Assembly: GCA_051313645.2 (NCBI GenBank)
Contig: JBNRSN020000015.1
Coordinates: 44,640,001-44,704,000, forward strand
Direction of reading: 5' to 3'
DNA: 64,000 nucleotides
Origin: Centroscyllium fabricii
Lineage: Eukaryota
Shown here: positions 60,459 to 64,000 of the stretch, one piece after another
How the letters are laid out: the number at the start of each line of letters is the position of its first letter
How positions within the stretch are numbered: position 1 is the stretch's first letter
Translations under genes and position numbers: made by a program
Notes under the pieces: model-generated
The model's input: only the letters and a program-made list of their open reading frames with translations
Told to the model about the DNA's origin: nothing
The model's database searches: none

Positions 60459-61749
60459 ATGGCGAAGGATGATCCATTGAATGTGGATGCTGGTGGAGTG
60501 AAGGGTGAGGACAAGGGGAACCCTATCGTGGTTCTGGGAGGTAGGAGAAGGACTGAGAACAGAAGTGCGGAAAATGGAACGGACACGGTCGAGGGCCGTG
60601 TCAACCACGGGAGAGGGGAATCCTCGGTTGAGGAAAAAGGAAGACATATCAGAAGCACTATTATGGAAGGTGGCATCGTCACAACATATGCGACGGAGAA
60701 ACTGGGAGAATGGAATAATTGTCTTATTACATTGTAATGTCTTTAAAGTGTTTCACACAATTAATTACTGTATGAAGTCTGAAGGCTCTTGTTATGTGGG
60801 TAAATAAAGTGGCTGTTCCATCCAGCAGTCTCCCATAAGCAGTGATATGATAGTGTTGATTGAGGGTGAAATTTTAGCCACTTCCTGTCTTCTTCAAAGA
60901 GCTGCATGGAATCTTGAACATCTACCATAACGGGTAGCTGGGACTTCGGTCTAATGCAATTCTGAAGGGTATACCTCTGAAATTGCAGTGCTCCCTCCAT
61001 TCTGCATGGAATGTGACCCTGGATTATAAACTCAAACTCCTTGGATAAAGATGAGATGGCCTCCCAATATTAGATTGAATTACTACTGTGTACTGTAGGA
61101 AATTTCAATAAGAAATTATTTAAAATTTATGCTGGTTAGACTATACTAGGGGATGTAATGGTGTGAAGTAACGATTTTAAAGGAGATGACTATGTTTACA
61201 CAGGGTAAGCGCAAGACTGTGAACTATAACCTGCAAGCTTAAAATAGCAATAACTGGGAGTGGTTAGTAGAATGGATCTTCATAAAAACAACTCTCGGAG
61301 CATTTAAAAATTAGTTTGCGTTTGCTGTTCACAGAGCAGCAATATGGACACCACAGTTGACCTCTGTGACCCCCACATTGGGGAGGAGAAAAGTCAGCCC
61401 CTTTTCCTGTTCCTGGTCACGGTTCAGTGACCCCTGCTGGAATGTGCAAATGCCTGGACATCAAGTGAGGGCAGGAATGGACTCAGCTGTGATGCCCATC
61501 CTCTTCCTTCCCCCAATTAAAAACCACCTGACATTAACTGTCCGGGCTTACAGGTGTAATATGACGAGTTGGCCAAGATACCAGAGGTACCAGTGAAACT
61601 ACTCCAACATGGGTCAGTGCCTTCAGAGGAGCGGGGAGGGGAATAGAAGATCATGCTGATTGTGTAGGAGGAGGGTAGATATCACTGCTCTTATATCTAA
61701 ATTAATGTCTCTTATTCTCTCTCTTTCTCTCCCTTCCCTCAATCTACAG

Positions 61750-64000
61750 AGAACAGTTTTCACCTTTGTACAGATCCTGGATCAGGAGAAAAATTTAAAA
61801 AAATAAATCAGGAAGACATTTTGAAACGAGTGAAGAAAGGAGCTGAATTCTTGGGAGAGGTGTGTGCACCATGGGCTGTAGAAAGTGAAGTGCTAGTACA
61901 CACAGAGCTGCAACTTGAAGAATTTCTCCAGTTGGGAGTAGAGTTCTGGAACATAAACCTGCTATTATGTCGAACAACTTGTTTTGTTCAACAATTATAT
62001 ATTAAACATTTTTTTACATTCTCAATTTCTTTGAAAGTTGCTGGCTGGGCAGATCTTTTTACTATGAGGTGCAGATGGCTGGGAGAGGGAGTCTTCTGTA
62101 GGAGGCCGCATTTTTGACTGGATACCGTAAGTGTCCATGCCAATCTTTTCATGGCCCACTGAGGGCACTGAGCCCGAGCCCTAACATGTATTACCTGTTG
62201 AGAGCTGCTGGTAAAACTTTTAGGGGGTAAAATGTCATCAGTAGGGTGCATCGTCTTGAATAAAATCCTGTAACTAATGATATCTGTTGTTTTCTGTGGT
62301 AACATTGGAGCATTTCCTCCGGTCACTCACTGTTCCTAGCTAAATTCTAAATAAACAGATTTTACTGGAAATAGCAATCAAAGGAAATCTTCCTGTTTTA
62401 ACTCTTTCCACTTTGCAAATGAACCGGTGGAAAGTGACCATCATCAGTCTGTCATGGAGTAAACATTTTTTTAAATTCTTTTGTATCTGGGTGAAGGCGG
62501 GGTGCAGGAAAAAGAAACTTTTGCATCTGTGTGCCACAACCTGTGACCAGTCAGGAGCAGTCTGATGAAGACTTTCTTTTTTTATATGTGTGTAGAACAA
62601 TGGTGGTGTTGTCGTCCAGATCTCTGTGTGCATCGTAATGTCAGCTTGGATCACATCCAGTCAGCAAAATGTATTTTTCTTTGTGATGCTAGAGTTTCAG
62701 AAGTATTTTGGTTGTAAATTTAAAATAGAAAATTGAAGTTTTTTTAATATCTTTTATGAGGTAATACGCATTTTGTAGTCAAGCCGAGCAGGAGAGACCC
62801 CATCAACATTCTGTGCCACCTGCAAAATCTCTCGTTTGTTGAGCTTTTTAAAAAAAAATTGCAGTGTGGTAACAAAAATGTGCTTTTCATCCTCTCCCAC
62901 TGGGCAGCTTTCCCCAACGAGACTTCCTTGGTTGTCAGAATACACTGCAAACTCACTTAGCTGAGCTCAGTGCTGCTCCACATCACTGCTACATTAAGGA
63001 ATGAAAATCTCACCGGATGTATCATTTTTTTTAAAGTTAATAAAAAGCAGCAAGGGGCCATGTTTACAATGATCAAGTTTGAAGTGAGAGTAAATTAAGA
63101 ATTACTGGGAACCTGTTGGCAAAAATTTATGGGGAAATCTCTCCCCAAAAAGTATCAAAAGAAATTGAGACTTTGTTGAGTCTCCAGAACCTTCACATTT
63201 TCAAACATATTGCAACAACACTGGCTGCAGTTCTGCCACTGTTGGGTGATGAGAAATGTTAAAAGGGTTAACATGCAGCCACCAAAATCTTTTTGTTTGT
63301 GCAGCAAGTTTGGATTTGCCACTAGATGTCCTTAGTGCACTCTGAATACTACATGGTATAGAAATAGTGAATGTTGGCGACATCTGGTGGTAAACAACTG
63401 GTACTGCCACCCTCAACATTTGTTTTGCTGCTGGCTTTTCTGATCTCAAGAGAAGTGGTTGTTTTAAATTGTGCGCAGTTGTTGCCTGCACATGCCCAGC
63501 TTTAGAGTGTCGAGCTTTTCAGCAGCTGTAAGTACAAAAGGGCTAAAAGACTCAACAGCATATTGTGCAATAATGGCTTTAATGGTGACGTGATGGAGGT
63601 CAGTGATGGTTATTTTGACTGGAATCTGAGTTTTTTAGGTGCTTGAATGGAAGTTGCTGCGTGGGAACTCATGCAGTGCAGACCATGAAGGATTTGTAAA
63701 GAGCAATTGAGACTTAACTGATCGGGTCGGTAACTTTTACGCAGTAATCAAGTGATTCACTTCAAACCCTACCTTGACGACATAGTGTTGCATTTGCAGC
63801 GTCAGTGGTGAGAATCTCTGAAGTTTGGCAGTGAGCTCTGTGCGGCTCCATTTTATTTCAGTCCCTGAAGCAGGCTCGACCTTCATTTCAAGTTGTTGAT
63901 TTAAATGTTTTAGTGCTTTTCATTTTGGAGAGTTGGAAATGGGAATACCTAATTATTCTGGGACTTGAGGCTGGGTTGGCACCTGCTGGCTTGGTGCTAC
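61750..64000 (+). other. CPSF7: Putative terminal 3'UTR exon of the CPSF7-like gene (3' end not determined)
   Basis: Long pyrimidine tract ctcttattctctctttctctcccttccctcaatctacag ends at 61749. Downstream sequence has no repeats I recognise, is U-rich, and has AATAAA at 61802, 62259, 62350, 63039 and ATTAAA at 62001. Confidence 0.7.

Larger units (their letters stand above)
59230..60715 (-). mobile_element. Penelope-like retroelement fragment (RT C-terminal region, GIY-YIG, pLTR), interrupted by a CR1 fragment
   Basis: Minus-strand MSSFFLNRGFPSPVVDTALDRV...RVPLVLT and CSRCSLLYTGETKCRLDDRFAEHL...RKLEEQHLIF; pLTR at about 59230-59335. Confidence 0.88.

Overview
Vertebrate genomic DNA, almost certainly elasmobranch (shark/ray): it carries HE1-type V-SINEs, HER1/CR1 LINEs and shark-type Penelope elements. 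The whole window lies inside one + strand gene for a large subunit of cleavage factor Im, most likely CPSF7 (CFIm59) with many CPSF6-like residues. Seven coding exons (12279-12488, 17286-17389, 23805-23950, 50186-50738, 53576-53691, 56284-56437, 58999-59188) splice GT-AG in frame to 490 aa (RRM, Pro-rich region, helical C-terminal domain, RS/RD/RE tail). An intron starts 1 nt after the stop and a 3'UTR exon starts at about 61750. The first coding exon was not found and is probably upstream. The introns are packed with transposable elements: two related Harbinger/PIF elements (one full-length but decayed, one lacking transposase but with an open spliced Myb/SANT gene), several MITEs, CR1 and L2 fragments, Penelope fragments with hammerhead-ribozyme cores, two different 5S rRNA-derived SINEs, and a ~4 kb C-rich minisatellite region with an assembly gap. 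Most notable: a retroelement inserted inside a 5' splice site and rebuilt it; the Myb-only Harbinger derivative has apparent compensating frameshifts and an antisense-derived C-terminus; and there are 5S-SINEs and hammerhead-bearing inverted repeats. All calls come from reading the sequence by eye; no database searches were run, and repeat boundaries are approximate unless a TIR or TSD is quoted.
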